The translations under genes and the position numbers were made by a program. Shown piece by piece: positions 1 to 14,189 of a stretch of DNA of 64,000 nt. The notes under the pieces are model-generated. The model worked only from the letters and a program-made list of their open reading frames with translations. It was not told the DNA's origin and did no database searches. Within the stretch, counting starts at the first letter, position 1. Each line of letters starts with the position of its first letter. Source of the DNA: Camelus dromedarius (Eukaryota); NCBI RefSeq assembly GCF_036321535.1, contig NC_087437.1, positions 32,304,001 through 32,368,000 on the forward strand, in the 5' to 3' direction.

Positions 1-55
1 GTAAATCAACTATACTTCAATTTTTTATATTTTTTTAATTTTCAGTAAAAAAAAT
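1..55 (+). mobile_element. 3' terminus of an L1 cut by the window edge
   Basis: GTAAATCAACTATACTTCAAT is a typical L1 3'-terminal motif, followed by an A/T-rich tail. Confidence 0.6.
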
Positions 56-1224
56 AAGTGATACATAAAATTATCATTTATTGAATTTTGAATGCCTTTC
101 TAAAAAGAGACATTATGGTGTCACTAGCAGCTAGTAAAGTAGTGCTAATTCATAGAACTGCTACTTCCTTCCTTGATCGCCTTCTTCCTCTTCCTTTTAT
201 TTTTTAAAATTATTTTCAAACTAAGGCAACCTTGCAGATTGCTAGCAGTCTGAAAGCCTTGCTTGGCTGACTCTTCCAGGAAACTCACACATCTATGCAA
301 AATGATCATTCCCACCCCCCTGGTAACCATACTGTCCCAAAGATGGATGCAGCAGGGTTTCTTCTCTCTTTCTGGTTCCTTTGACCTCTTTTCTTGCTTC
401 CCTCCATGGTAAACATGTTTATGTTATCAGATGCAAGAACACTGAAATCATGTGAGCCCATCATATCAACACAGGATCAGAAAAGAAGGAGAGGAACTGA
501 GGTCTGACTTTTTTGCTGAAATTCATCTCTATCCAGCTTGGTAGGCTGAAAGAGCAGGACAGACAAACCAAGTGGACATATCTTCAGCCCTTTCCTCACC
601 AGATTCCTCAAATAATGTGATTATAAATTAATAACTCCAAAGACCAAAGCTTCAACTGCTCAGAGACTTTCAAGACCCTGCACAATCTGTCCACAGTCAG
701 TCAACACGTAATGCAGGGGGAAAGCATCACTGTGATATCACAGAGCTAACAGGAGAGAAGATGCAAACAAACTGAGGATGGGATTTGATTGGTAGGGGAG
801 GAAAAGGCTTGGTGGATTTTAGCTTCTCCACCAGGAGGGTGGGTCACTGATGTAACATACTTTTAATTAAGGAAGTTGGAGAGGCTTCTTTATCACATGG
901 GTAAACAATTTCTTAGAGTAATATAGAAGTTGTCAATGATTCTTTTATGTTCAAAAACCCCTATATTGTGCTGTAGGTCAATGAGAAGCTGTGGAAGGTG
1001 AGATCTGTTCAATAGTCATGGCCTGAGGTCTGCAAAAATTTCCATAATATAAGGAAGGATTCTACAGGGACAAGAATGCTAAACTGCATATTTTTTTTTC
1101 TCCTGGATATCTCTGCTCCTTTGCCTCATCTTCCATAAACACTGCAAACAACACAGATTGCTAAATTGCTTTCTTTAAAATAAACCCAGGAATTAAAATT
1201 AAAACTTTGGCCAATCAATCAAGC

Positions 1225-1225
<1 letters not shown>

Positions 1226-1267
<42 letters not shown>

Positions 1268-1285
1268 TAATAATGATAATAATAA
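1226..1285. repeat. (TAA)n microsatellite with TGA interruptions
   Basis: Directly visible, about 20 units. Confidence 0.97.
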
Positions 1286-3769
1286 CCATATCATCCCAAG
1301 CATGCACCGAACAGTATGGGGGAAAAATTGTGTGGATAGAATGAGAATTTAAAATGAAATTACAGAAGAGGCAGCTGTTTATTTGATTACCTCCTATCTT
1401 GGCATCTTGGACTTCAGCTCTATAAATGCCTGGTAGGCTATCGGGTCCTTTTATGCACTGCCAAGATTTCTCTTTGCCCTGTATTTATTTTTTGTCTCCA
1501 CTGTGTTCCAAACCAATTGTTGCTGGGGCTCTAATGGGGTCAAATAAATATTCTAAGAAGAATCATATTTTCTTAGTTTTCTTTCAAATCATGGCTGCAC
1601 ATCCAGGTCTTAGCATCCTGGGCTCATCAAAAGAACATGCTGTTCTTAGTTAAAAAAAAAAAAAAAAGACAAAAGCATAATAGGAAATTCTACTCAATTT
1701 CATATCTGATCAAGATCAGCTCAAAATGAAGAATTCAGACACAAAAGCAACAGATTCCATTCAGCTAAGTTTGATCAAGTACAGCATTTGGTGGCGGGGG
1801 GAGAATCATCTACCCCTACTAATAGTGATTTATCCCTTTCTTGAAGGAGGGCCAAGCTGCTAGACAGTCTGTGTAGCTCCAGGGGAGGGCCTGACATGTT
1901 TCTGTAGCTATGACTGAGGGCACTGGAGGTCCTATGCTGGCAATGCTGATTTGGGGGGACATTTATCTTTTTTTTTTCTGCCAAGTGCTTCATACATGTA
2001 GGGACTTCCCTGCCTTTTGAGTTTCAGAGACAGGAAGAACCCATCCCAACTCTAAAAGTAGAAACTGCCATTTCTTTGCTTTTCTAGCCTCACTTGCAGA
2101 GAGGGTGTGAGGTCATGAGCTAGCCACCAAGAGTCAGACTCAAGCATACCAAACAGAATCAGAAGCCAAAGATGCAGAGAAGAGAGCACTGCATGAATCC
2201 TTTCCCTGGTGGCAATGGTGGTTGGTGGTTGCAGGGTCACCATGTTCTAGGATGAAGTGGCCTGAGCCTTACGTGCCATCATCTTGTGCTTGGTGGGTGC
2301 AGCTATGCTCATTCCTATCAGGCTTGCTCTGTGGCAAGATGGTGGCTGTTGTCTCTGGCTACTTAACTGTGTTTCTCCAGCCCTTATGGTGATGTGTAAA
2401 GTACTCCATACCCTTTTCATATATGCCTCACTGCTGCAATCAGCTAGAGTTCTGTTGCTTGCAACTATGAGCACTGATGTTCATAAATAAATATCAGCAC
2501 TTCCTTTGCTCTAACTGCTGTGTAGGGTATGGAAAATTTTTCATTTATATCCCCTAAGGGAATGTTGTTACTGAATGCTGATTGCGTTTCTTTAGTCTAA
2601 ATTAATTAAATGACACAGTATCCATTGTAGAAAACAAAGAAAGATCATTTTACACAGTATACTGTAAATAGTGATTATAATGTGTGATCTTTCCAGAGAA
2701 ATAGTAAGAAACAATGTGTTCATTCAGACAGCTCCTGTTGGAAATTGCAAGGCTGTCCTCTACGTTGTAATCCCTTTCCTCCTGAGCTCTAATGCAGCAA
2801 ACTCTGCAGTGATTTAATAAGAAAGTGACAGCAGTAAAATCCAACGTGAGGATAAGAGTTGGAAATAAAGTGAGTGTACAAATCCTGCTAGTCTATGGAA
2901 AACATGTGGGAGGTACAAGCATTTTTCCATAAAAGATATGAAGACACGGCACCAAGCTATTGTCTCTGATTTATGGACCAAGGCTATTTTCTATGCTCAG
3001 TTCCCGCCTTGGGTCCAATCAAAAGGCAGAGACCTAGGATGCAGGGTGAGCTTGTTTTCAATGCAGTCCCATGCACTGAGACTCTGCTTTTCCTTAAAGC
3101 TGACTTGGGGAGAGGCTGTTCCTAAGGCTGACGAAACCCTCTGACCATGCTGCCATACAGAGAGCACCTTCCTCTCATCAAGCACCCTCTGCACTATTTT
3201 CATAGCATCTTCCTCACTTGTAACATTTGACTGAATGCTAGTCAGCGTCTGTAGGCTCCTTGACTGTGGTCCTGTCTCTTCTACCTCTTGGTCTTCATCC
3301 GGTTCACAGCTGATCCTTAATATGCATTTATTGATTGACAAGTCAGAAGAACTCATGGGTACATATTCAGAATGGAGCTGAACTTTGGTGAAAAAGACAT
3401 AATGAAATAAATATCCTAGCCACATAAGAAGATTTGGATTTAGAATCATGCCAAAGGAGAAGATGCCAGCGAGGGTGTTGAGCGTGTGGGCACATACGCG
3501 GGTTCTGGGGGAAGACAGGGAGGATAGGGACTTTTGTCCTCTTCCTAAGAAAAGCTGAAGCCAGGTTTTCGGCAATTAGTTAAGTTAGCTGTTGGTTAGT
3601 TCGTTAGTTAGGTTTGATTTACTCTCTCACACAAAGCCGCAGAGCACCAGAGCTAATGCTGTCATCAGCACCTTCTATCAGCTGGCATCAATGAGCTGAG
3701 GACATGAGAAGTGGCTTTTCAACACTATTCTACATTTATCAAATATCTATGAAGCTCCAAGCCCTACAG

Positions 3770-3915
3770 AATATATTAATTTATTTAATCCTAACAACCT
3801 AATGTTGTAGGTTTTCTTTTCATCCCACTTTACAGATAAGAAAACTGAGGCTCAGAGATGTCAGCCTCTGCCTAAAGCCCATGGGTAGGAGGTAGCAGTG
3901 ATGGAACACAGGTCA
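3770..3915 (-). mobile_element. MIR SINE
   Basis: Core TTTACAGATAAGAAAACTGAGGCTCAGAGA. Confidence 0.85.
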
Positions 3916-4684
3916 CAGGCCTTCTTAAATCATTTCTTCAACTTTGTTAAATATCTCATTAAATTCCTCTTAGAATACAAAAATGAGTTATTGTGAAAGA
4001 ATGATGAGAGCTTTTATTCACTCATGGACTTGTAATACTTTTCCATACTGGGATATGAAGGCTTTAATGACTGGGAACTGTGTGAGGGCTAGACAGCTCA
4101 AAATACATGGGAACGAATCCAGCTATTTCAGTGTGAAAATCCTGAGGATGGTTCAGTCCCCTCTGCTCTCTTCCCAGAGAACATTCATCCTCTGAGCAGG
4201 TACTGCCTGTCTCAGCTTCATCCCAATCTGGATAACTCTTAAATATCCATCTCCAAGCCTTTTCTGCCCTGTTCCTTTGTGTTCCAACCCTCTGGCTGCC
4301 ACTCCTGCATTCACTTGGACCCTCTCCAGCCTGTGCCTTGCAAATGGCTTCCCAAGGGAAAGAGCATTTGATGGCTTCATCCTAGAACTCGTTCCTACTC
4401 TGGATCACCCCGACTCCATCTTTTGGGGAGCTGGTGGTATCTTTTGTTTAACATCATTCTGAGAAACAGCTGAGTTCCCCAAACCCAGCTTGATCCTAAT
4501 ATGCAGAAAACATCAGAGTAGGTTCTGAACAGGTACAGCAGAGAAAAAAATACAATCGTTATCCAGGTAGTCTCTGGGAAACCCAGCTGGAAAACTATTT
4601 GGGATCAATATTTGTGTGTGGAATAACCTAATTAATCCTAAAATCTGAAAGAACAGAAAGACTGTTTATTATTTATTTTAAAAT

Positions 4685-4895
4685 AGTTATTTACACCTAC
4701 ATGTGCCAGGTAATTTACACCAGCTATCTTATTTGAGCCTCACAACTTCCCTGGGAGGTATTATCATTATTATTCCCATATTTATGGATGAAGAAAATCA
4801 GGCTCAGAGGGATTTTGTGCTCAAGTGCACCCAGCAGTGAGTGGTAGTGTCAGGACTGGACCCTGGTATGACCCCCCAAAGCCATGCATGCTCCT
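4685..4895 (-). mobile_element. MIR SINE
   Basis: CCTCACAAC...ATTATTCCCATATTTATGGATGAAGAAAATCAGGCTCAGAG. Confidence 0.8.
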
Positions 4896-6509
4896 CCCCT
4901 TATTACTGTCGCTGCCATAGTCCCACTTCATCTACTCCACCAGAGAAGAGCATTCACATTTGCCTTTCAAAAGTCAAGTCAATATCCGTGTAAGATTTAT
5001 CACCTGAAAATTAATTATTAAACACATTCATCTCTTCCTACCTGATCTCATACCGGCATGAGCTACACTTAACTTGACAATAAGCAAACCTCTTTTCACC
5101 CCACTAATGTGTCCCAAGGTTCAAGCTCTGGCATCTCCATATGAGTGGGTAGAATTGAAGGGGTGACACAGGACAGGTCACAGGACGTCTGGACAGAGTC
5201 GCACTGAATTACTGGCTTTACTTGGTATTTGTAAATTTATATTATAAATGGGGAGTTGATTTGCCTGAATCTGGCTGATATGGTGCAATGGGATGTTTTC
5301 AATTTTGTAGACACTCCCAATCTTTGAGTTAGGAGGCTAAGCTGCACATGTTTTTCAAAGGAACAACGAGATTCTAAAAACAGCAACATCTGCTTACAGA
5401 AAGAAATAAAACAAATAAATAAAACCTTCTGAACTCTTTTTTTGGCTTAAAAATGACAAAACAATAAAACCAATAGTCAATAAAATCAATATCTGAGTTA
5501 CATATTGGAAGGACTGCTGGAAGATTTCTAAGCAATTTAATGAAGTGCAAAACTTGCTGAAGACAGATGATAAAACTGCATCATGGATCTCTAAACCTCT
5601 TCCTCCTCTAACAAATACATGTGGTCACATTTAAGAAATCAAAGAGCACCTTTTAACGAACATTTAAATCTTTCTCCTTTCTGTGTTCCTTACGCCACTT
5701 CACCAATTTTCTAAAATTCTAACATTTTAGGCATGTGGAGGCAGCAATTATTCCAGAAAGTTGATAACCCTGATGTTGATGAAGTCAATATGTAATAAGA
5801 ATTAAAACATACTAGCTCATAAATACTATCAAATTTATTGGGTTTCCAGGAACTGTGCTTACATAATGAGTTCTGTGCCCAAGCTTAATTGGTCAACATT
5901 AATTTCAACTTTTCCATTTATTCCCTCTTCCAAATGATGTTTTCCATAATCTGTTTGCAGTATGCAAGAACCCCTCCCTAAGATCTTAAGCATCTCTTTT
6001 TTTCCATTGCTTTGTAAAGTCTGTATGGGAAAAGAATTAGAGCAAACATATGCAATATTTCTTCGACTGAAATCAATAAGAATAAGGATATAGCTATATG
6101 TGAGCAAAGTACAAGCATTACGTATGCAGTATACACCCTCATGCTCTGTATCCACATGGTCACACTTCTTTCTGTGTTTCAGCACATTTCATAACATTTA
6201 TGAAAGGTCTCTGTAAGACAATATATCTTTCCATTTTATGGTTTTATAATTGTAAATATTGCAAAGCAATGTTTAACAAAAGCAGACCTTTTCAAATGAA
6301 AAGGAAAGTCATTCGTAATTCCACTTCCCAACAAATCATGCTTTCATTTTTCCTTTTCCCTTCCATCTCTGTCCATGTACATACATAGTATTTTCCTTAG
6401 CTGTAATTCTTCTCTAAGGCAAATCTTGCCAATTCATGTATTATGTAACATTGTGACATATTTTTACACATAATATTGGGCTGTTCATAATCAAATTAAC
6501 CTTGCCCAT

Positions 6510-6970
6510 CGCAACCTGAATACTTTGAGAGGCAGTTATTTTAATTGCTCCCAAAGGTTGTCATTGCTCAACAATTTTTGAGCTTCCACTTTGTAAACTA
6601 CTTTCGAACTTGCTGTTATGCTTTTGATCTATCTCAGGTGTGATAAATCTTTGTATTCTGAAGGTGGGTTTGATTTTTGGACTTAAATTTTGTCAAGTCA
6701 AGTTTGATAGATAATGTTGAAGTTAGTTAGAAAAACAAGTTTACTTGCAGCTAGTGAGTAGTATCTTGAGACACTGAGTTTTCTTACATGACACATAGAT
6801 TGGCTTCAAAGATCATCGCCAAAGAGAAGTCAAAAGAAATGTCAGAATCAGTGCAACAATGGTGGCTTCTCACAGAACCACCCGGAAGGGTACAATGCTT
6901 ATTTGGAAATCCTAACCCTTGCATGTGATTTGTAAAAGCAGTTCTATTAATTCATAACTTGACACCCCAG
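6510..6970. mobile_element. Degraded mariner-type MITE (MARNA-like)
   Basis: GAAGGTGGGTTTGATTTTTGG, CATTGCTCAACAATTTTTG and CCAAAGAGAAGTCAAAAG motifs resemble the recalled MARNA consensus. Confidence 0.55.
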
Positions 6971-7319
6971 CCCCCATGCCGCTGATGGCTGCCTTATGTC
7001 TGGCTCTGAAGGAACAGCTGCCTCTGAAATTCTGGGGTCCCAGTAGTACATACCCCTCAAACCTCTCAGGTGTAAAGCTCAAACATCTGCTGTTAGAGAA
7101 ACCAGAATCTCCCCAGATTAGCTACTCTCAGCAAGAGCATCCAAAGGGTCATCTCTGACATTCTTTGCAACTCATCTTAGTCCTGGAGGGTCTGGTTATC
7201 TGTAGGTGAGAGCATGGTAGTTCGTGCAAAGAACCTCAGTGTGTAAGAATCAAAAGACTAGATTCTAGTCTTAGCCCTAAACCAGCAGGCCTTTGGGATG
7301 TCATTTCTCCTCTCTCGCT

Positions 7320-7815
7320 GCTGAGCTGGTGATTCTCCACTGATCTCCCCCTAGCTTTGTTCTCTGGCCTGCTGTGGTCCCTGGGAGCCGACCTCTGTGG
7401 TGCATTTCTTACCCTCTGGCTTCTCGTTAGGTTTGGCAAAAAAGAATTACCTGTAGATCAGAGGGTGCAAGGAAAGAGGTTGGGGTATTGACCCTATAAT
7501 TTCCCCTCTCTCAATCTCTCTCTTTCCCCACCTCCCTCCTTCCCTCAGGGGCAGTGGTTTGCCAGTGGCTGTGTTTCCCTATGGTTGCTGCTCCCATTAG
7601 GTGACCTCCGTCCACATCTGCTCTTGCCAGGTTCTGGTAACAGCTCTCTTTTGCCCCTTAAACTAAGTAGTTAAAGCCTTCTCTTGTGGTTAGTCCCAGA
7701 GAGCTTCAACATCCCTAACTCTGCCTAGACCTCTGAAACAGTTCCATCAAAAAATTCCCTTTAATTAAACCGCCCCGATGTACCTTCTACACCCTGTGGG
7801 AGCTCTGTCTGATGA
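7320..7815 (+). mobile_element. ERVL solo LTR (LTR33-like)
   Basis: CCCTCTGGCTTC..GGTTTGGC, GGTTCTGGTAAC and CTCTGCCTAGACCTCTGAAACAGTTCC motifs. Confidence 0.65.
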
Positions 7816-8675
7816 GGTCGTCGAATATATATAATGAAAGATTCAGACATGCTGAACTTTAAGGTCCCGTCAAGCCCTTCTGTTCGCTGGCCATACTGTT
7901 TGCTGCTTGAAGCAGGGTAATTTTACAACCACAGACTTGCTCGAAGAACAGTCACCTGCTTTTCTAAGGAGGCCTTGCTTTCGATTTTATTATTTTTAAA
8001 CTCAACCTAAGATAGTTTTAATAGTCAGTAGTCATCATCCATTATAGGAAACCACTTATTCAAAATATTTGGCTTAGAGTTGGCAAATAGACCCCAAAGC
8101 AAGTTCTTTCTATCCACGTCCTATTTAAGAATCTCTAAAAGCCTATAATTAATTAGGCCACTTCTTCTTTTGCCTGATTCATGAAGTCCACCTTGCCCCA
8201 GTCATGCCCCTGCTGACCTGTCTGCAAGTTTGTCAGTCTGTCTTGCTGGACCCCATCCATCTGGCCTATCTAATTGTAACCACTGGGATGTAACTAGACA
8301 CCAACGGCATTCTCCTTTTTGAGTAATCACATCAATGAGTTATATTAGCTGTCATATTAAAGTAGCTCTCTGCTAAACTCTGGTAATATGAGATCATAGT
8401 CACCATTAGCCTTTTTTTTTCAGTTGAGTAACACCATCTCCCTAATGTTTTTGCCTTCTTAATCCAAACGGATAAAATCCAAGAAAAAGAACAGAAAAAT
8501 AAGGGAGTTCGGAAATGAGTCAATATTTCATTTCTGAGGGTAATATTTTTTCCTCAAAATACAAAAACAAACATGTTAAGCAGAGATCTCATGGAGCACC
8601 CACAATGGTCAATTCCTGGGAGAGTAATCACACCTTTTCTTAGGAAGTAAGGAAGCGGGATGGGGCTTTGGGAAC

Positions 8676-8717
8676 ATCAAACTTAACTTGGAAATAATCA
8701 AACTTAACTTGGAAATA
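8676..8717. repeat. Perfect 21-bp tandem duplication ATCAAACTTAACTTGGAAATA x2
   Basis: Directly visible. Confidence 0.95.
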
Positions 8718-10999
8718 ACTGGGGTGGGGAAAAACAGATGTGATCATTCCATCAATTTTACCATCTTTGCCCCTTCTCCAAAAATATTAGACCAAAATTA
8801 AAATAAATATTAGCAGTTTACTTAACTGCCATATTTTATTACTCAACCAAGAAGAAAAAGTAAGTGGTTTCTAGTTTTTCATCTCTTCAAACATGGATTC
8901 AAAGTCGTTTTACTGGATTTTGAAGGCATGTTTACAAAAATGCCTGGGATCTCATTTTTTCCTATTTAAAATGAATCAAATATACTTTGTTTTCAATGTC
9001 TTGTGACTCCAATATATTTCTCAATGAATCTGATTTGAAAATAACAAACACTGATTTCATAAGCTGATGTCACCTGTCATAAATTCAAATTCTCAAACCT
9101 TGTTAAACTCAGACTTGCTATTTGGCATTGTCATTGCCCCGGCCATCTTTCTGCACTTGTCCTGAAGGCAGGAAGATGGGAAATAGGAAAATCAAACTGA
9201 TAGGAAGTGAGAAGAACTTGAGAGGACTTTGGTGTACACAATTTAAAGTAGCAGTCCTCTGTCTACATGCACAGTCACTTTCCCTCCCTGTGTGGCTCCA
9301 GCTGTGGAGAAAGACAGGTTAACCACACTTTTAAGGAGGGGAAACAACAGAAGCATTCAGTTCAGTAAAAATGCGTCTAATCAAAAGTTATAAATTTTGG
9401 TAATTCTTCTTTTCCTTTTCTTTCCCTTTCTTTTTCTTTCTTTCCTTCCTCCCTCCCCACCCTCTCCCTCCCCCCTTTCTTCCTCACATCCATTTACATT
9501 CAGTAAAGTGGCCAATGCCAGAACAATAAAAAAACAACAGTTACATAAACAGGAACATTGAGATAGACTTGGGCTTCTTAAAAATTTATTAATCAGATTC
9601 CAATCATAGCATCTTGGGTATTATGCCTGATTTGAATGTTGAGGAAAGGGTGACTCTATGTTTGGCGTGACCTGCTTATGTCCCTTTAATATAAATACAC
9701 AGATTGAATTTCCGCTCTCTTGGCATACCACTTCTGCTGCTTTTAGCAGCAGCTGCTGCTCCTACCACTGCTACAATTTGCTACTGCCACCCCTGCTCTG
9801 CCGTTCTTGGTGGAAAGTCAGTTTGGTAAATTGCCAACTCCAGAGATGACTTTTATAGTAATAGGATGCCCAAGGCCACGAAATTACACACAGGATCGTC
9901 AACTTCTGTCTAAACTGAACAACTGTGATAACTACAGTAAAATAAAGCCTTTATAATTAAATGCTTAAAAAAACAGAGCCAAGCAAAGAATGAGAAGAGG
10001 CAGGAAATCTCCTTAATGAATGAAATTCTAGTCACTTAATGTAGTTTTCTTACTTCCAGCAATCTATTTGTTATAAACAAGACACGGAAGTAATTCCTAT
10101 TTTAGTCTTTTTCTATTTGAAAATATCTTTCTAGCCATGTGCTTGAATACACTAAGCCATGGTTTAAACTCCTACTTTTAACCCAAATAGGGTTTAGTGA
10201 CATTGTAATGCCTACATTCATGGCATCACAGAACTTCAAGGAGTCTGAAGCAGTCATTTGGTTCAAGAAAATGGGAACCTTCCAGAACAGAACTTTACTA
10301 GTTTCTCCTTGAAACTCTCCAAGATTTCAGATTCCATAACCTCTCTCAGTGATCTATTTCAACATCACATGATCCTGGGACACAGTGCATCTGCTCTAAT
10401 TTAAAGAGGGATCCATTTACTCTGAGAAAGAGAAGATAATGACCACATCGTATCTTGTCTTCTCCTTTTCTCCTAAATGAAAATGACAGATGAGATGGTC
10501 TACAAATCCTCCACTTCAAAGATTCAGATTCCCTTGCATTAATATTTTGGCTTCTCTTGAAGAGCAAGCAATACTCTACCTGAAGACAGAAGGAGCCTGT
10601 CACATAGAAAGAGCCACTAATGTTTGTCGAATGAATGAATGAACACATGCCCCTTCTAAACCCTGTTCTCTTAACCAAGTAATTAAATTTCCCTCAATTT
10701 TTTTCTTCATTCGACTAATTTTTCATCATAAACACTATGGAGACAAGGATGCATAGTGGAAAGAAAATGGGTTTCCATACCATATTGGCTAAGTGTATAA
10801 TAAACTGGAACAAGTTGCTGGAATCTCTCTGCAGCTTTGTTTTTATCTCTGTAATATGCACTAGTGAAGCTGACCTCAGGGTTACTGTATAACATATGTA
10901 AAGAGCCCAGTGCAAGTTGAAAAAACACAACACATTCTTTCCCCCCATGCTCTAAAACTCCCGAGTTACTCCATTCTTTTTAAAGGAGAGCATGAAAGA

Positions 11000-11510
11000 G
11001 ACTGTTATTTGCCTATCCCAACTACATCCTTCCCTTCCTTCTAATAAAAAGGCCTTAATTTTGAGCTAGCCCAGCTGAAGACTACATTTGCTAGCCTTTC
11101 TTGTAGCTATATATAGCCATATGAAAAAATCTGCCAATGAATATAAACCAAAGCATCAAGTGTCTTCTTTCAGAAGGTCTCCTCAAAAAGAGAATGAGCA
11201 TCTTCCCTTTCTTCTTTCCTTCCTTATTCGTTCTTTCCTTCCTTCCTTCCCTCCCTCCTTCTTTCTCCCTTCCTTTCCTGTTGCTTGGAACATGGATGTT
11301 ATAGCTGGAACTTCTGCTTTTGTCTTCAACTCCAGGGATGCAAGTCAGGTAGGGATGTCAGAATAAAAAGCTGAAAGGGGTTTGGGTGACTTTTTGAGGT
11401 CTATGAAGGCCTCACCTGCCTACATCCAGACTTGTTTTGTTGAAGATATAAACTTCTATCTTGTTTAGATCATTGTTACGTGGGCAGTTTCTATTACATG
11501 CAGCCAGGCC
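11000..11510 (+). mobile_element. MaLR solo LTR (MLT1J/K-like) with an internal CCTT-rich tract
   Basis: GACTACATTT..GCC, TTGGAACATGGATGTTATAGCTGGA and ATAAACTTCTATCTTGTTTA motifs. Confidence 0.7.
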
Positions 11511-11829
11511 CAGAAGATAACCTCAAGTGGATAAAATATGTATTAAACTTTAATCCTAGCTCATAAATAATCAGTGTATATTCCTTAACCACTTACATAT
11601 TATGTTTCTTTTCATCACTGTTATCATGTTGACTTAGACTACAGTAAAACTACAGTGATGGTTAACACTTAACTTGCAATATTTATATTTTTCCTTTAGT
11701 ATTTATAACTAGCCTCTGTTAAGTTTCATGCTTCTTTTGGTCTCTTCCTCAGCAGGTCAAGGTCATTTCTATTTGAAGTAATATTTTCAGCATTATTAAT
11801 AATATTACTAATTCATAACAGTTTAGAAA

Positions 11830-12080
11830 ACAATATGGTAGAGTTGAATGGCCTAGGATTTGTAGTTTGAAGGCCTACACCAACCCTGGTATTAGTACCA
11901 TTAGTTGTGTGACCTTGAACAAGTCATTTAATCTCTCTGAGCCTCTGTTTTATCCACAACAAACAGGCGTAATAATAATCCTGCCTTACTGACTTACTGG
12001 AGTTAGTGAGAATCAGGTAGGAGAATACATTTGAAAGTACTTTGTAAGAAATGAAGCACCATGTGAATGTTGCTTGTTAT
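11830..12080 (+). mobile_element. MIR SINE
   Basis: TGTGTGACCTTGAACAAGTCATTTAATCTCTCTGAGCCTC. Confidence 0.85.
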
Positions 12081-12263
12081 GAACACTACTAGAAGAGACA
12101 CATTATAACATTCTTTATCTATACAGATCCTAGAATTATCAGAGAGATAATTTTAAAGATTCCAACATATGGTAGTTTCCAATCTCTTCTTTTGAGGTAA
12201 AATAAATCTTTGATTAGAGACCTTACTGTAAAATGTAAATGAATCACAATAATGATCATAGGC

Positions 12264-12324
12264 TATATATATATATTTATATTTATATTTATATTTATAT
12301 TTATATTTATATTTATATTTATAT
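12264..12324. repeat. (TA)n/(TATATT)n microsatellite
   Basis: Directly visible. Confidence 0.95.
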
Positions 12325-12867
12325 GAGTTGTTTAGGCAAAGAAGGAATAAAGATTTAAGATTCTTGAATTCTAAGCAATGAATCTGAGGATCTTTGTACC
12401 CTTGGTTCTCTCTGTCTCCTTTCTTCTCACACCATGCTGGTATGGATCAGTGGAATCTGAGTACATTGCCCTTGAAGAGCATGACAGAAAGGTCAAAGTC
12501 ATTCTTTTATAGCTTGGCAATCATTTGGGACACAACTGAAAGTGTCAGTAAAAACCAAGATAACTTATATCTGTTACTACCTCATTGTCCAGGTGGGCAA
12601 TCATAGCAAGAATTATTCAAGCTCAATTTTCCCTTCAAAAGCTATATTGATTATGGCATAATGTTTTCTGATGGTCCAAGGATCTTATGTTGACTTCCCA
12701 AATGAACTGGGAACGCCCATTTGACTCTCATCAGTTAGGTAAAAATTCCAATTACAAAGAAGGCTCTGATAATGAATATGTTTCAGTGGAAGAAATAAAC
12801 TTAAAATCATACGCATTTAACTTGCACATTGTGATTTTACCAAATCTAGCATAGCGATGCACACTTT

Positions 12868-13003
12868 TAGGGTGACCACACGTCTTGGTTTGTCTGGGAC
12901 AGCCCTAGTTTATTATGCCTGCTGTTTCAGTCTAATTATTAATAGTGTCCCTTTTAGTTTCTAAAGCACTCAGGTTTGGATGATAAATTATATGCTCACC
13001 CTA
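12868..13003. mobile_element. hAT-Blackjack MITE (MER94-like), 136 bp
   Basis: Terminal inverted repeats TAGGGTGACCA ... TGCTCACCCTA, with internal GGGACAG and GATAAATTATATG. Confidence 0.85.
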
Positions 13004-13212
13004 ATTTAGAGGCATTTTATTGTCCTGGTTGAATAATATGAGGCATCTTTATAAATTCTAGGCAGGAATCATTTGTGAACAATCTGCCCTGTTGTGGAGC
13101 CTTTAAAACAACACCTCTGATAAACGTTTTCTTAGACCCATGAGCAAGATCTACTGACCCTCTTCTTAGGAAAGAAAGGCTTTAAAATATCACCACCTCT
13201 GAACAAATGTAT

Positions 13213-13430
13213 CAGGGGTTGACAAACTTTTTGTAAAGGACAAGCTAGTATGTATTTCAGTCTCTGTGGGCCATACAATCTCTGTCTCAACTACTCAACT
13301 CTGCTACTGTAGCATGATCATCCATACAATACGTAAACTGAGGGGCATGGCTCTCACCCCACAAAACCACATTTACAAAGATAGCAGGAGGAAAGGATCT
13401 GGTCTGTGGGCCATAGAGCGCTGGCCCCCA
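13213..13430. mobile_element. hAT-Charlie MITE (MER58A-like)
   Basis: CAGGGGTTGACAAACTTTTTGTAAAGG ... CAACTACTCAACTCTGC ... GGGCCATAG. Confidence 0.85.
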
Positions 13431-14147
13431 CCCTAGTGTTTTAAGATTTTTCCCTTGATAACTGACTAAAGGGAATCCATGTTTTCCAGATTTCTTTTCA
13501 AGTGTTAAAAGGAGCAGAAGACAAATAGTTGGCTCTATTTAGATTGCTAACTATTATCATGGAAAGACGCTCTCATTTCTTGCAAACAAAGTTCTTAAGC
13601 TTTCTGTCATCAATACAACCTGTTCAGTCCAAAGAGTCACAGTCCACATTCAATCTAAAGAGATGCAATGAAGATGTTCCCTCTTTAAATGAGTCAACAG
13701 AAAGATGTGTCCTTCACGTGCTGTGGAACGGACAGACAGCTAGATTTGATTGCCTAGGTGTCTTAACAATTGCTTGGTTTCCAACATGTATTATAGAGAA
13801 GTTTCAGGAGATTTTTGTTTTATTCTGTACCTTCTTGTGTTCTCATATAATGGGGATAAGGTATAAATCTATCTTTGAGAGAGACGTCTGAAATGCTTAG
13901 ATAAACAAGCTTGCATCTGGAAAAGAGGAATTAGAGAGAGAGAGAATTGAAAACATGCCAGTAGTTAAAACACAAGAGGAAAGTCCATTGCCCTTTAAAC
14001 TGAAACAGAAGGAAAGACATGAAGGAAAGCCTTGAATAAAATTAAATAAATGCTGAAACTATACTAAGAAATACATCAAAGCACAGGATTTTCTCGCTAT
14101 GTTGAGAACTGGTTTAATAATATGATAGTATGATATGGTGCACAGTG

Positions 14148-14189
14148 GGTGTGAGTGTGTGTGTGTGCGGGGGGCGTGCGCGTGTGTGA
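14148..14189. repeat. (TG)n/(CG) alternating purine-pyrimidine tract
   Basis: Directly visible. Confidence 0.85.
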
